Shown here in pieces: positions 9,024 to 18,790 of a stretch of DNA of 64,000 bases (the first letter of the stretch is position 1; each line of letters begins with the position of its first letter). The translations under genes and the position numbers were made by a program. The notes below the pieces were generated by a model that saw only the letters and a list, made by a program, of their open reading frames with translations, was not told the origin of the DNA and searched no databases. This stretch comes from an uncultured Haloferula sp. (GTDB lineage Bacteria; Verrucomicrobiota; Verrucomicrobiia; Verrucomicrobiales; Akkermansiaceae): contig CBFGTS010000004.1 of NCBI GenBank assembly GCA_965652295.1, positions 192,001 through 256,000 of the forward strand, read 5' to 3'.

Positions 9024-9793
9024 GAACGCCATCCCGTCATTCCCGGCGCAGCGGCTTCACCTTGTTGGAGCTGGTTCTGGCCATCGGCCTGCTCGCCATG
9101 CTGATCGCGATGGTCATGGGCGTGGCCACGCAGAACATCGCGCTCGGCAACGCCGTGGTCCAGCGGCAGAACGAGGTCAGCATGGAGACCGCGTTTTTCG
9201 ATCTCCTTTCGAAGCAATTCTCCGCCTTGCCGGGAAACACCCGCCTCGAACTGGTCAGTCAGGATTCAGGTGCGCAGTACCTTTCCGATCTCACCCTCCA
9301 GAACGTGCCCACCACCTTCACCTGGGGCGGCGGGGAACGGGTAGCGAAGGCGATCCAGCTTTCCACCGTGCGCAGGCGCGATGGCTTCCTCGACATCGTG
9401 CTGCGCTACTACGAACACCCTATTCTGGAGGAAACCACCGAGGCCGACGAGGCCGTGCTGCCGGGCGACAACGAACCGTTTGCGGAGATCGTGCTGCTGG
9501 AGAACATCTACGTTTTCGAATGGGAGGTCCTCGACGGCCGCACCATGGAGTGGGGCTACGACTGGGATCTGCAAGGCCGGCTCCCCCTGCAAATGAAGCT
9601 GACCTACCTCGCCGACCGGGTTTCGGACCCCATCTCGCACGTTTTCTGGATCACGCCGAAGCAGAACCCGGAGGTGGTGATGCGCCAGCTCCAGCAGACC
9701 GCGCGGCAGGGGCAGGGTGGCGGTCAAGGCGGCGGGCAAGGCGGAGGCAACGACGACCCGCCGGTCATTCAACCCCAGATTCCCGGCCAATGA
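9020..9793 (+). CDS. Minor pseudopilin, GspJ-like
   Basis: G|FTLLELVLAIG; C-terminal W...W....RLP.QMKL motif; ATGA overlap. Confidence 0.8.
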   Translation: MRTPSRHSRRSGFTLLELVLAIGLLAMLIAMVMGVATQNIALGNAVVQRQNEVSMETAFFDLLSKQFSALPGNTRLELVSQDSGAQYLSDLTLQNVPTTFTWGGGERVAKAIQLSTVRRRDGFLDIVLRYYEHPILEETTEADEAVLPGDNEPFAEIVLLENIYVFEWEVLDGRTMEWGYDWDLQGRLPLQMKLTYLADRVSDPISHVFWITPKQNPEVVMRQLQQTARQGQGGGQGGGQGGGNDDPPVIQPQIPGQ

Positions 9794-10716
9794 ACGCACG
9801 CTCCCATCCCCGCGGGGCCGCGTTGTTGGCGGTCATCTGGCTCATCGCGCTGCTCTCGTTCGCCACGGTGGCGGCGGTGCGGGTCGTGGCTTTCGATCTC
9901 GATGTGGCCAACGCCAACATCCACGGCTTCCGCGCCAAACAGCTCGCGGAGATGGGCGTCGCCCTCGGCAGCAATCCCGCCGTGGAACGCAGCGATCCGA
10001 TACTCCAGCAGTATTCCGAGGAAGAGGACGAGGGCTTTCAGGTGCGGCTCCAGTCGGAAGGCGGGAAGTTCAACATCAACCACATCCTCAGCGGGGATGA
10101 CCGGAATCTGCTCAAATCGATGTTCATCGACTGGGGCTTGGAAATCGATGACGCGGGGGCCGTGGTCGATTGCCTGACCGATTGGATCGACTCCAACGAC
10201 GAGGTCTCGATGAACGGGGCGGAGGTTGATTGGTATGAATCCGAAGGCCGGATCAACCAGCCGTTCAACCGGCTTTTCTACAATCTTGACGAAATGCGGC
10301 TGGTCCGCGGGATGGACCTCGTCGAGGCCTACCGGCCGGATTGGCGGAACTGGTTCTGCATCTGGAGCGGTGGCGGGCTCGATCTGAACGAGGCGACGGC
10401 GGAGATGATCGCCGTCGCCGCCGAGGTTTCGCCGCCCGAGGCGGAGATCATCCCCGAAACCGTCCGCGGAGCCGATGGCCTTCGCGATACCGACGACGAC
10501 GCACCTTTCCAGTCCGCCGAGGAAGCGCTTGCACTCCTTGGGGTGGACGGCAGTCTGCGCCCCGAGATCGCCGCCCGTTTTTCGGTCAATGACACGACGA
10601 CCCGTATCGAGAGCATCGGCATGGCCACCGGCGCGAGTCGCAAAATCACCGTCATTGTCCGCAACCGCACCGGCCAACCGGCTGTTTTGGAACGAACCGA
10701 GGAAGTAGTCCCTTGA
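9790..10716 (+). CDS. gspK: Type II secretion minor pseudopilin GspK
   Basis: RG|AALLAVIW, EGGKFNIN, DWIDSND, GAE..WY, N..F..LDEMRLVRGM, LDLNEA. Confidence 0.88.
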   Translation: MNARSHPRGAALLAVIWLIALLSFATVAAVRVVAFDLDVANANIHGFRAKQLAEMGVALGSNPAVERSDPILQQYSEEEDEGFQVRLQSEGGKFNINHILSGDDRNLLKSMFIDWGLEIDDAGAVVDCLTDWIDSNDEVSMNGAEVDWYESEGRINQPFNRLFYNLDEMRLVRGMDLVEAYRPDWRNWFCIWSGGGLDLNEATAEMIAVAAEVSPPEAEIIPETVRGADGLRDTDDDAPFQSAEEALALLGVDGSLRPEIAARFSVNDTTTRIESIGMATGASRKITVIVRNRTGQPAVLERTEEVVP

Positions 10717-11954
10717 GCAAACCCACTGAATTTTCACTCCTTCTGCCTGGCGTGATCGGCTGGGAGATCTGGAAAAAGAACGCCGAAGGCCGCTACGAGC
10801 GGGCTTCGGACGATGATGGCCCCCGTCACGCCGCGGAGCTCTCCGGTCTGCCGGCGGGGCACCTGGCCATGCTTTTCCCGGTCCGCACGCTCCAGGCGTT
10901 GCCTTTCCGCGCCGCGAGCACCGAGGACGAGCTGTTCGAGGACCTCGCGGTGATGCACGCCGAGCGGCTCGGCATCCGCCCGGATCCCATGTCCGGCCAG
11001 CTCAGCGATACCTTCGTGGTCGAAAAGCAGGCGGACAGCACCATACTGCTCCACGTCGTCCTGCAGAACCCCGGCGAAGGTGAGGTGCCGGCCCGCACGC
11101 CGAAGGAGTTCGATCTTTCCCCGCGCGCGTATCATGTCCGCGGCGACGAGGTCTGCCTGTGGAAGGAACTCGGACGCTGGGTTTTCGCCATCTACAAGGG
11201 CGGCAAGCTTCTTTACTGCCAGGCCACCTCGGCCTCCGGCGACGAACCGGGGGACGACGTCCTGCGCGAAGTCCGCCTGGCCGTCAGCCAGCTCAATCTC
11301 CAGGCCCTGCGTGTCCAGCCGACGACGTGCCGCGTCTGGCCGCCGGCCGCCGAGCTGGGTTCCGCCGGGGCGATGGACCGGGTATTCGGGGAAACGATCG
11401 TCGAGCGCCGCCCGGACCCGGTTTTCCCGGAGCCTCCCAGCCGCTTGCTTCCGGCCGACGTCCGCGCCGCCCGTCGCGACCGCCAGAAACGCCAGCAGAT
11501 GCTGGCGCTCGTCGGACTCGTCGCCCTGGCCTATCTCGGCTTCGTCGGCTGGCAGGCCTTCGGGCTGTGGCAGGGCTTCCGCGAGCGGAACGAGCTGGCT
11601 CGACAGGCCGAGCAGGTCTCCGGAGTTTCCGCCGAGTTTCAGGAACACCAGGCGAAGTGGACCGAACTGGGTGTGCTGGTGAACGACCACCAGAGCCTGC
11701 TGGAGGTCATGCGGGAAATCCAGGAATCGATCCCGCGCGGCTCCGGGCTCCGGCTGAAGACCGCCGACCTCAACCTCGCGGAAGAGTCCTTCCGCCTCAA
11801 CGGTTCGTCGCCGCAGTCCGCACCGGTCAACGCCTTTTCGCTCGCCCTCAAGCGCAATCCGAACCTCCGCTCGTGGTTGGACTGGAACACCGAGCCTCCC
11901 GTGAACAAGAGCGGCACCTGGGAATTCAACTTCGGCGCCGTCCCCATCGAGTAA
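10713..11954 (+). CDS. T2SS inner-membrane platform protein, GspL/PilM-PilN-like
   Basis: Cytoplasmic N-domain, one TM helix, coiled coil, then PilN-like periplasmic domain; TTG start overlapping the gspK stop; assignment is positional. Confidence 0.65.
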   Translation: MSKPTEFSLLLPGVIGWEIWKKNAEGRYERASDDDGPRHAAELSGLPAGHLAMLFPVRTLQALPFRAASTEDELFEDLAVMHAERLGIRPDPMSGQLSDTFVVEKQADSTILLHVVLQNPGEGEVPARTPKEFDLSPRAYHVRGDEVCLWKELGRWVFAIYKGGKLLYCQATSASGDEPGDDVLREVRLAVSQLNLQALRVQPTTCRVWPPAAELGSAGAMDRVFGETIVERRPDPVFPEPPSRLLPADVRAARRDRQKRQQMLALVGLVALAYLGFVGWQAFGLWQGFRERNELARQAEQVSGVSAEFQEHQAKWTELGVLVNDHQSLLEVMREIQESIPRGSGLRLKTADLNLAEESFRLNGSSPQSAPVNAFSLALKRNPNLRSWLDWNTEPPVNKSGTWEFNFGAVPIE

Positions 11955-12012
11955 TGCCTCTTTCGACCGACAACTCCGCTCCCGGCCGGGTTTTCCTGCC
12001 ACAGAACGCCGC

Positions 12013-12549
12013 ATGAACGCCCGCGAAAGAAACCTCCTGATCGTGCTCGGGCTCACCCTTTTCGGGGTGCTCAACTTCGTCGGCTACAACGCGCTCACAA
12101 CCTGGAAAGCCAGGGTCGCCAAGGAGGCCGAGCAGCACCGGCAGACGCTCGAGATCGCCCGCTTCGCCCGCGAGCAGGCGGATGCGGTGCAGGGTGAAAT
12201 CGACTGGCTGGAGAAAAACAAGCCCGAGCCCAAGGAGGCCGAGCTGGTGCCTTCGGAACTCCAGACCTTCGTCACCGGCCGCGCCAATTCCACCGGCCTG
12301 ACCGTCGCCAAGCAGGACATCCTCGATAACATGACCGAGGGCACCTATTTCGAGCGGGCCCGTTTCCGGATCAACGTCACCGGTCGCGAGGACGCCCTCT
12401 ATCGCTGGTTGGTCGAACTCCAGAGCCCCAAGGATTTCCGCGCCGTCACCGCGCTGCGCCTCAGCCCGAACCGCGAGGACGACACCAAGATCGACGCCGT
12501 CGTCCAGGTCGAGCAGTGGTTCCAACCCAAAGCTTCCGAGGAACTATGA
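12013..12549 (+). CDS. T2SS GspM/PilO-like protein
   Basis: MNARERNLLIVLG N-terminus typical of GspM; TM plus coiled coil plus ferredoxin-like tail. Confidence 0.7.
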   Translation: MNARERNLLIVLGLTLFGVLNFVGYNALTTWKARVAKEAEQHRQTLEIARFAREQADAVQGEIDWLEKNKPEPKEAELVPSELQTFVTGRANSTGLTVAKQDILDNMTEGTYFERARFRINVTGREDALYRWLVELQSPKDFRAVTALRLSPNREDDTKIDAVVQVEQWFQPKASEEL

Positions 12550-13046
12550 AGGCCGTCCTTTTCCTCCTTTCCGCCCTCGCGCTGCCCCTCCTGGCGGCAC
12601 CACCGAAGGAGCCGCAGCGTGAGCGGTATACACGATTGTGGAAGGAATCTCCGTTCACGGAGAAGGCGCTGCCCGCACCTGCACCGACGGCCGTGGATCC
12701 TTTCAAAGGCTATTCGCTGGGAGGAGTGTCCAAACTCAAGGACGGTTACTTCGTCGTTGTTCTGAACGAACAAGACCCCGGGAAAAAAATACTGATCGGA
12801 CCGGGCGTTTCATCCGGGTTCGACGTTCTGAGCGTGAACTGGTCGGACACCCACTGGCAGGACACGACCGTCAGGGTGAAGCAGGGAACGAAAACCGGCA
12901 CCTTGTCGTTCGACCCGGTCCAACTGCGGATCGCTGGGTCAACGGTGGGAGCGCTGCCATCGAACAACAGCGGGGCGCTCCAGAACTCGAATCGCGATCA
13001 GGACAGGCAACGCCGACCTCGTCCGCGGGTCTCCACACCACGATGA
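12546..13046 (+). CDS. Exported protein, PilP/GspC-like (paralog 1)
   Basis: Signal peptide; YTRLWKESPFT, DPFKGYSLGGVSKLKDGYFVVV; highly similar to the next gene; position before secretin. Confidence 0.65.
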   Translation: MKAVLFLLSALALPLLAAPPKEPQRERYTRLWKESPFTEKALPAPAPTAVDPFKGYSLGGVSKLKDGYFVVVLNEQDPGKKILIGPGVSSGFDVLSVNWSDTHWQDTTVRVKQGTKTGTLSFDPVQLRIAGSTVGALPSNNSGALQNSNRDQDRQRRPRPRVSTPR

Positions 13047-13579
13047 AATTCTTCCTTTTCCTGAATCTCGCCCTCGCGCTGCCGCTCCTCGCCGCACCGC
13101 CGAAGGAGCCGCAGCTTACCCGCTACACGCGGCTGTGGACGGACTCTCCGTTCACCGCCAAGCCGCCTCCGCCAACCGCGCCGGAGGCAATTAATCCTTT
13201 CGAGGGTTACTCGCTCGGTGGCGTCACCAAGCTCAAGGACGGCTACTTCGTGGTCGTGCTCAACGACAAGGACCCGGAGAAAAAGGTCCTGATCCGGCCG
13301 GGCTACAAGTCGGAGTTCGAGGTGGTGGACGTCAGCTGGTCCGATACCAATTGGAAGGACACCACCGTGCGCGTGAAGCAGGGATCCAGGACCGGGACCC
13401 TCGCGTTCGATGACGCCCAGCTGAACCTCAAGGCTCCGGTGGCCGCCACTCCGGCGAGCAACGTCAATCCCGCCGCGCAGAACAACAACGCGCAGCAGCA
13501 GAACAACAACAACCGCGGCAACAACGGCCAGCGCCGTCCGCGCCCGCGGGTCGTGGTGCCCCCGAGACCGAACCGGTAA
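13043..13579 (+). CDS. Exported protein, PilP/GspC-like (paralog 2)
   Basis: Start ATG 13043 (ATGA overlap): MKFFLFLNLALALPLLAAPPKEPQLTRYTRLWTDSPFT...NPFEGYSLGGVTKLKDGYFVVV; N/Q-rich tail. Confidence 0.7.
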   Translation: MKFFLFLNLALALPLLAAPPKEPQLTRYTRLWTDSPFTAKPPPPTAPEAINPFEGYSLGGVTKLKDGYFVVVLNDKDPEKKVLIRPGYKSEFEVVDVSWSDTNWKDTTVRVKQGSRTGTLAFDDAQLNLKAPVAATPASNVNPAAQNNNAQQQNNNNRGNNGQRRPRPRVVVPPRPNR

Positions 13580-13627
13580 GCGCCGCTCCGAACATCTCTT
13601 TTCCAACCGATTTCCTTCCTCCGATTC

Positions 13628-16096
13628 ATGCAACTGACCCGCCTCGCCCTGCTTCTTCTCGCCGGGACCGTTTTCGTTTCCGCGCAAGCGCCTCCCGGCC
13701 TGCCTCCGGGGATCAACCCGAACCCCCAGCAGCAGAATCCGGCCGGCGCTCCCGGCGGACTCACGGTGGACATGGCCCCGCCACCCGGGGAGGTGGACCC
13801 CGCCACGGTGATCGAGGAGGACATCATCCAGGCCAAGCTCAACGGTGACGACCTGGCCGAACTCTACCGCCGCTTCACCGGCCGCCGCGTCACGGTCAGC
13901 CCCGAGGCCGCCGCCGCCGAATTCCGCTTCATCCAGCGCGCCCCCATGACCTACGGGGAAGCCGCCCTGCTCTTGAAGAAGGCCGCCCTGCTTGGCGGCT
14001 TCGTGTTTGTGCCCGACGCGAATCCGGGCTTGGAGCATCACGACGTGCTCGTCACCGCCGCCGGAGGCGTCAACCCGAAGGCCGAGGGCGTCGAGGTGAT
14101 CCTCGATCCCGCCGACCTGCCGGAGGACGACCGCGTGGTGTCCTACGTGATGAACCTCAAGGTGATCAAACCCGACGAGATCGTCCGCGTTTTCACCACC
14201 ATTGTCGGTCAGTTCGGCGCTTATGGCTCGATCACGCCCATCCCCAATGCCGGCGCGGTGGTCATCACGGAGAAGACGTCCCTCATCCGCCGCCTCATCG
14301 AGCTCCAGGCGGAAATCGACGTCTCCAGCACCGTGGCGACCCGTTTCATCCCGGTGCAGTATGCCGACGTCACGGAACTGGCCGAAACCCTCAACGAGAT
14401 CCTCAACACCCAGCAGCAACAACAGCGTTCGACCGGGGTGAACCGCGGAGGAAACAACGCTGTCCCGGCCAACAACAATGCGCCGCCGGTTCCGGGTGCC
14501 ACACCGACGGCCGCTGCCGCGACCCCGAGCGGAGCCAGCAGCGCCGCCGAGGAGGTGCCGATCCAGATCGTGCCCGACAGCCGGACCAACCGCATTTTCG
14601 CCATGGGCCGACCGGTCGATATCGTCTTCATCGAGGGTCTGGTGGCCGAGTTCGACGTCAAGACGGACGAACGGAACTATCTCCGCCGGAAACTCCGCTT
14701 CGTCACTGTGGCGGACTTTCTGGACATCGCCGAGCCGGCCCTGATGCGGGCATTCTCGGGCACCGCGGACGGCGCGGGTGGCACTAGTCCCAGCGGGGCG
14801 AATTTCGGAGGCAACTCGGGCTCGAGCCGCAGTTCGAATTTCAACGCCTCCGCCAGCAACAACCGCAGCAATTTTGGAAACAGCAGCATCGGTGGCAACG
14901 CGGGCGGAGCCGGCGGAGCTGGTGGAGCCGGAGGTGGTGGGGGGATCGGTGGAGGCAGCACTCTTCAAGATCCCCAGATCAACAGCGCGCCGGAAGCCCG
15001 CCTGGTGGGTCGCACATTGCTGGTGGCGGACAACATCACGAACTCGCTGCTAGTCCAAGGACCGCCTGCCAGCGTGGAAATCATCAACAACCTCCTTGAT
15101 GAGATCGATGTGAAGGCGGATCAGGTGATGATTTCCGCGGTTTTCGGTCAGCTTTCGTTGGGGGATACCCTGAACTACGGCGTGGATTTCCTGCGCACCG
15201 TTAACGAGGCTCAGATTGCGAAGGGAAATTCGGCGATCGCCGGTGCAGCGGGAGGCGGTACTAATCCGTTTATCAACGCTCAAAGCCTTCTGACGCCGGA
15301 AGATTTTCCCTCGTCCTCCGGGCTCAATCTCTATGGGATGATCGGTGATAACTGGAACGTTTACCTCAACGCGCTGCAGAGCGACAGCCGCTTCGAGGTG
15401 CTTTCTCGCCCGACCATTTTCACGGCTAACAACCGCAAGGGCACGATTTCGTCGGGTCAAAGGATTGCGGTGCCCTCGAACACCAACAGCTACCAAGGCA
15501 ACATTTCGACCAACATCGAATACCAGAATGTCTATCTGACCCTGGAGGTGGTTCCTTTGGTGAACTCGGACAACGAAATCACATTGGAAATCGCGTTGGT
15601 GAACGAGGAGATCGGACAGACCCGGGTCATTGATGAGAATATCGCGGTTCCGGACATTTTGAGCCGTCAGGTGCTGACATCCGTAACCGTTCCCAACGGC
15701 GGAACCATCGCCCTAGGAGGATTGATCACTTCGAAGATCAACGACACGGTCAGCGGAGTCCCGCTGCTCAGTGACATTCCGATTTTGGGAAAATTGTTTT
15801 CGCAGACCGTCCAATCGGAAGACAAATCCGAGCTCCTCGTTTTCATCCAACCGAAGATCATCAAGGACACCACGGATCTCTACGATGCGCAGGTCGATGT
15901 GGATTCTCGCTATGACGTTGCCGAAAAGGCGCGCGACTGGGCGGATCCGCCGGTGATCGTCAACCAAGCCCCTCAGGTGATGCCGGGCAAGGGCGGCGCG
16001 GTCGCGGCTCCGGTCGTCGTGCCGATGGAAGTGGAAGAGGAAGAAGATCGCTCCCGCCGCGTCCTGGGCAGGCCGACCTCCGCGTTCCGACGCTGA
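13628..16096 (+). CDS. gspD: Type II secretion secretin
   Basis: N-domain repeats (IVPDSRTNRI, VADNITNSLLV); secretin domain QVMISA, LSRPTIFTANN, LEVVPLVN, GGTIALGGLI, GVPLLSDIPILGKLF, ELLVFIQPKII. Confidence 0.92.
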   Translation: MQLTRLALLLLAGTVFVSAQAPPGLPPGINPNPQQQNPAGAPGGLTVDMAPPPGEVDPATVIEEDIIQAKLNGDDLAELYRRFTGRRVTVSPEAAAAEFRFIQRAPMTYGEAALLLKKAALLGGFVFVPDANPGLEHHDVLVTAAGGVNPKAEGVEVILDPADLPEDDRVVSYVMNLKVIKPDEIVRVFTTIVGQFGAYGSITPIPNAGAVVITEKTSLIRRLIELQAEIDVSSTVATRFIPVQYADVTELAETLNEILNTQQQQQRSTGVNRGGNNAVPANNNAPPVPGATPTAAAATPSGASSAAEEVPIQIVPDSRTNRIFAMGRPVDIVFIEGLVAEFDVKTDERNYLRRKLRFVTVADFLDIAEPALMRAFSGTADGAGGTSPSGANFGGNSGSSRSSNFNASASNNRSNFGNSSIGGNAGGAGGAGGAGGGGGIGGGSTLQDPQINSAPEARLVGRTLLVADNITNSLLVQGPPASVEIINNLLDEIDVKADQVMISAVFGQLSLGDTLNYGVDFLRTVNEAQIAKGNSAIAGAAGGGTNPFINAQSLLTPEDFPSSSGLNLYGMIGDNWNVYLNALQSDSRFEVLSRPTIFTANNRKGTISSGQRIAVPSNTNSYQGNISTNIEYQNVYLTLEVVPLVNSDNEITLEIALVNEEIGQTRVIDENIAVPDILSRQVLTSVTVPNGGTIALGGLITSKINDTVSGVPLLSDIPILGKLFSQTVQSEDKSELLVFIQPKIIKDTTDLYDAQVDVDSRYDVAEKARDWADPPVIVNQAPQVMPGKGGAVAAPVVVPMEVEEEEDRSRRVLGRPTSAFRR

Positions 16097-16246
16097 GTCG
16101 GGTCTTGGAGGAGATTCCCGGATTTGCGGGAGAATGCGCGTCAGCGGGGGCAACCGGGGGCTTGCCAACCCGCGCCCCAGTGAGCATTTTCCGTCCACGC
16201 GTCCTCCCGACGGGGACAAACGTCCGTTTTTTCCAAAAATCCCACC

Positions 16247-17644
16247 ATGTCCGAAATTTCCGTAGAGCAGCTCGATCCGTCCGTTAAGTCACTCTATGAC
16301 AAGGCGCTTGCCGCCGTGCAGAAAAGCAACCCTGGCTATGCCGTGAAGCTCCTGCTTTCGGTGGTCAAGGATGCCCCCGGTTTCCTTGAGGGGCGTCAGA
16401 TGTTGCGCAAGTGCGAGGCGGCCGCCACCGGCGGTGCCAAGAAAAGATCCGGCGGCCTGTTTGGCATGAAGTCCGGCGGCGGCCTGGGCACGATGAAGCT
16501 TTCGTCCGCGGTGAAAAAGGATCCGCTCGCCGCGCTGCCCCAGATCGAAGCCGAACTGGAGACGGACCCCTACAACCCGGAGGTCAACGAGGTCCTTTTC
16601 AATGCTTTCTCAGCCCTCGGCTGGATCGACAGCGCCGCTTTCGCGCTGGAGACCGTGCGCAAGGGGCATCCGGAGCAGACGAAGCTGCTGCACAAGCTGG
16701 CCGATTTCTACCTGGCGAACAGCCGCAGCATGAACGCGGCCGAGGTCTACCGCGACATCATCAAGCAGGACCCGACCGACTCCGTGGCCATCAAGGGCGA
16801 GAAGGACTCCACCGCCCGCGCTTCCATGGAGAAGCAGAAGTGGAGCGAGAACGCCGAGATGAGGGATCTCATGCGGAACAAGGGTGAGTCCGAGGAGATG
16901 GAGAAGCAGGCCCGGACCGGCCTGACCCGCGAGCAGCTCGAAGAGCGCCGCGACGACCTGGCCACGAAGTATGCGGAGGATCAGAACAACCTCGGCGTGG
17001 TCAAGGAGCTCGCCAGCGTCTACGAGCGCTTGGAGGACTGGCCGAACGCGCAGAGTTTCTACGAGTGGGCCTTCGCCCTGAGCAGTGGCGACGTTGCCCT
17101 GCGTGCGAAAGCAGAGGCGATGGGCGACAAGTCCAAGGAGCTGGAAATGGCCGAACTCGAGCGCCGTGCGCAGGAGAATCCCGACGATCCGGAAGTGAAG
17201 GCGATGCTCGAGGAGCGCCGCCAGACGCGCATCAAAGAAGCCGTCGCCGACGCCACCCGGCGGGTGGAACAGAATCCGACCGATCCCGTCATGCGCTACG
17301 AGCTGGGCCGCGCGTTGTATGACGCCGGCGACTTCAGTGGCGCGATTCCCCAGCTTCAGCAGGCCAAGCGCAACCCCCACATCCAGTCGAAGGTGCTGCT
17401 CCTCCTCGGGCGCACGTTCAAGGCCAAGGGCATGCTCGACATGGGCGTGAAGCAGCTTGAATCCGCTTTGGAAGATCTCGTCTCCATGGACAACGTGAAG
17501 AAGGAAGTTCTCTACGAGAAAGGCCTGCTCCACGACGAGATGGGCGACAAGGAAGGTGCCATCGCTTGCTTCAAGGAAATTTACGAAGTGGACTACGGCT
17601 ACCGCGATGTCGCCCAGCGCGTCGAGTCGTCCTACACGAGCTGA
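16247..17644 (+). CDS. Tetratricopeptide repeat protein
   Basis: Helical TPR-like repeats; C-terminal YEVDYGYRDVAQR motif. Confidence 0.75.
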   Translation: MSEISVEQLDPSVKSLYDKALAAVQKSNPGYAVKLLLSVVKDAPGFLEGRQMLRKCEAAATGGAKKRSGGLFGMKSGGGLGTMKLSSAVKKDPLAALPQIEAELETDPYNPEVNEVLFNAFSALGWIDSAAFALETVRKGHPEQTKLLHKLADFYLANSRSMNAAEVYRDIIKQDPTDSVAIKGEKDSTARASMEKQKWSENAEMRDLMRNKGESEEMEKQARTGLTREQLEERRDDLATKYAEDQNNLGVVKELASVYERLEDWPNAQSFYEWAFALSSGDVALRAKAEAMGDKSKELEMAELERRAQENPDDPEVKAMLEERRQTRIKEAVADATRRVEQNPTDPVMRYELGRALYDAGDFSGAIPQLQQAKRNPHIQSKVLLLLGRTFKAKGMLDMGVKQLESALEDLVSMDNVKKEVLYEKGLLHDEMGDKEGAIACFKEIYEVDYGYRDVAQRVESSYTS

Positions 17645-17675
17645 GAGACGTCTTCTAAGAGAAGAGCTGGTTTTC

Positions 17676-17711
17676 CGCCCGTCTTCCCTCACTGGAAGGC
17701 GGGCTTTTTTT
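17676..17711 (+). terminator. Rho-independent terminator
   Basis: GCCCGTCTTCC-loop-GGAAGGCGGGC followed by a T run. Confidence 0.85.
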
Positions 17712-17719
17712 GCCTGCGG

Positions 17720-18787
17720 TCAGTTCGGCAGGCTCTGGCGGACGATTTCCTCGAAGCTGCGCTCCCCCAGCACCCAATCGTCGGCCACGGCTTCAGCGAT
17801 GAGCCACTGCCGCGGGTCGTCACAAGTGTCCTCGTGGCGGATGCGCAGCGTCATGCGGAAGGGCACCTTCTCGAGAAGCTTGGGGTTCTCGACGTGGCTG
17901 GCAGCCATCAGCTCGTCGAGATGGAGGCGGTTGCGTGCCTCCACGCGCTCCATGGCGGTGGCGGTGATGCCGTCCTTGGGGCAGTAGGCAAGGAGCGTTT
18001 CCTGGTCTGTGTCGCCGAAGTGCAGGGAAAAACACAACCATCTGGCGTTGTCGGCGTAGTGGCCGTTGAAATAGCGGCCCCGTGAGGCCACGACCCGCAC
18101 CAGCCCTTCCTTGGCATGACCGGCGAGGAGTTCGGCGGCGGGAGGTTCGCAGTAGCGGGCGAAGGCATCGAAGTCCACCTCCCACCGATCGCCGTCGTCC
18201 GGGGTGAGAGCGATCATCCGCATATCGTTCCTGCCGAAACGGAGGTAGAGGCGGTCGATGGGGGCAACCTGGCTTTGCCCGGCTCCCAGCCAGGCGGGCT
18301 CCGGCAGAGGCTGGTGAGCCTTGCGGAGCTCGGCGAGCATTTGCAGGGCATCCGCGGGAGAGATCAGGCCGGGACGGATGAGGAGCCGGACGTCCTCCTC
18401 CCGAGTGGCGTTCAACAGCCGCCGGGAGATGTCCGTCCCCCGGGCCGCGGAGATCCTCGGGGTGAGCGTCGGGCCGACATCCACGGCAGTGCCGACCAGT
18501 GGGGGGAGCTCTGGTCCGCGTTTCTGGGCGATCAAGGTCCACACGATGCCCCCCAGGACCGCCAGGCCGGTCACCGAGCAAACGGCGATGCCCCACCGCT
18601 GGAGTACCGTCGAACGGGCCGGGCGGTGTTTTCTCCCGCGCGAGCGGTGCCGCCGCCGGGCTTCGTAGGTCTGCCGTTCGCCGACTCCAAGAGGGGGGAG
18701 CTGCTCCGCTTCCTTTGGATTCCCCGCCACCCGGTGCTCGATCGCATGTTTCTTGGGGCTCGGCTTCGGGGGGGGCAGGGGGCTCAT
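17720..18787 (-). CDS. Hypothetical single-TM protein
   Basis: 355-aa ORF with basic N-terminus, one TM helix and WEVDFDAFARY segment; follows the upstream gene after a 3-nt gap. Confidence 0.7.
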   Translation of the reverse strand: MSPLPPPKPSPKKHAIEHRVAGNPKEAEQLPPLGVGERQTYEARRRHRSRGRKHRPARSTVLQRWGIAVCSVTGLAVLGGIVWTLIAQKRGPELPPLVGTAVDVGPTLTPRISAARGTDISRRLLNATREEDVRLLIRPGLISPADALQMLAELRKAHQPLPEPAWLGAGQSQVAPIDRLYLRFGRNDMRMIALTPDDGDRWEVDFDAFARYCEPPAAELLAGHAKEGLVRVVASRGRYFNGHYADNARWLCFSLHFGDTDQETLLAYCPKDGITATAMERVEARNRLHLDELMAASHVENPKLLEKVPFRMTLRIRHEDTCDDPRQWLIAEAVADDWVLGERSFEEIVRQSLPN

Positions 18788-18790
18788 GGG

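Noticed and set aside
8944..9789. 590-aa version of GspK (likewise extended starts at 12638, 51219, 36423, 35666)
   Set aside because: Extensions are out-of-frame overlaps with upstream genes; true starts are at ATGA/TGATG junctions or signal peptides.
14800..14960. GGC/GGA-rich repeat in gspD and AAC runs at 13480-13530
   Set aside because: Ordinary Gly/Ser/Asn low-complexity linkers in frame.
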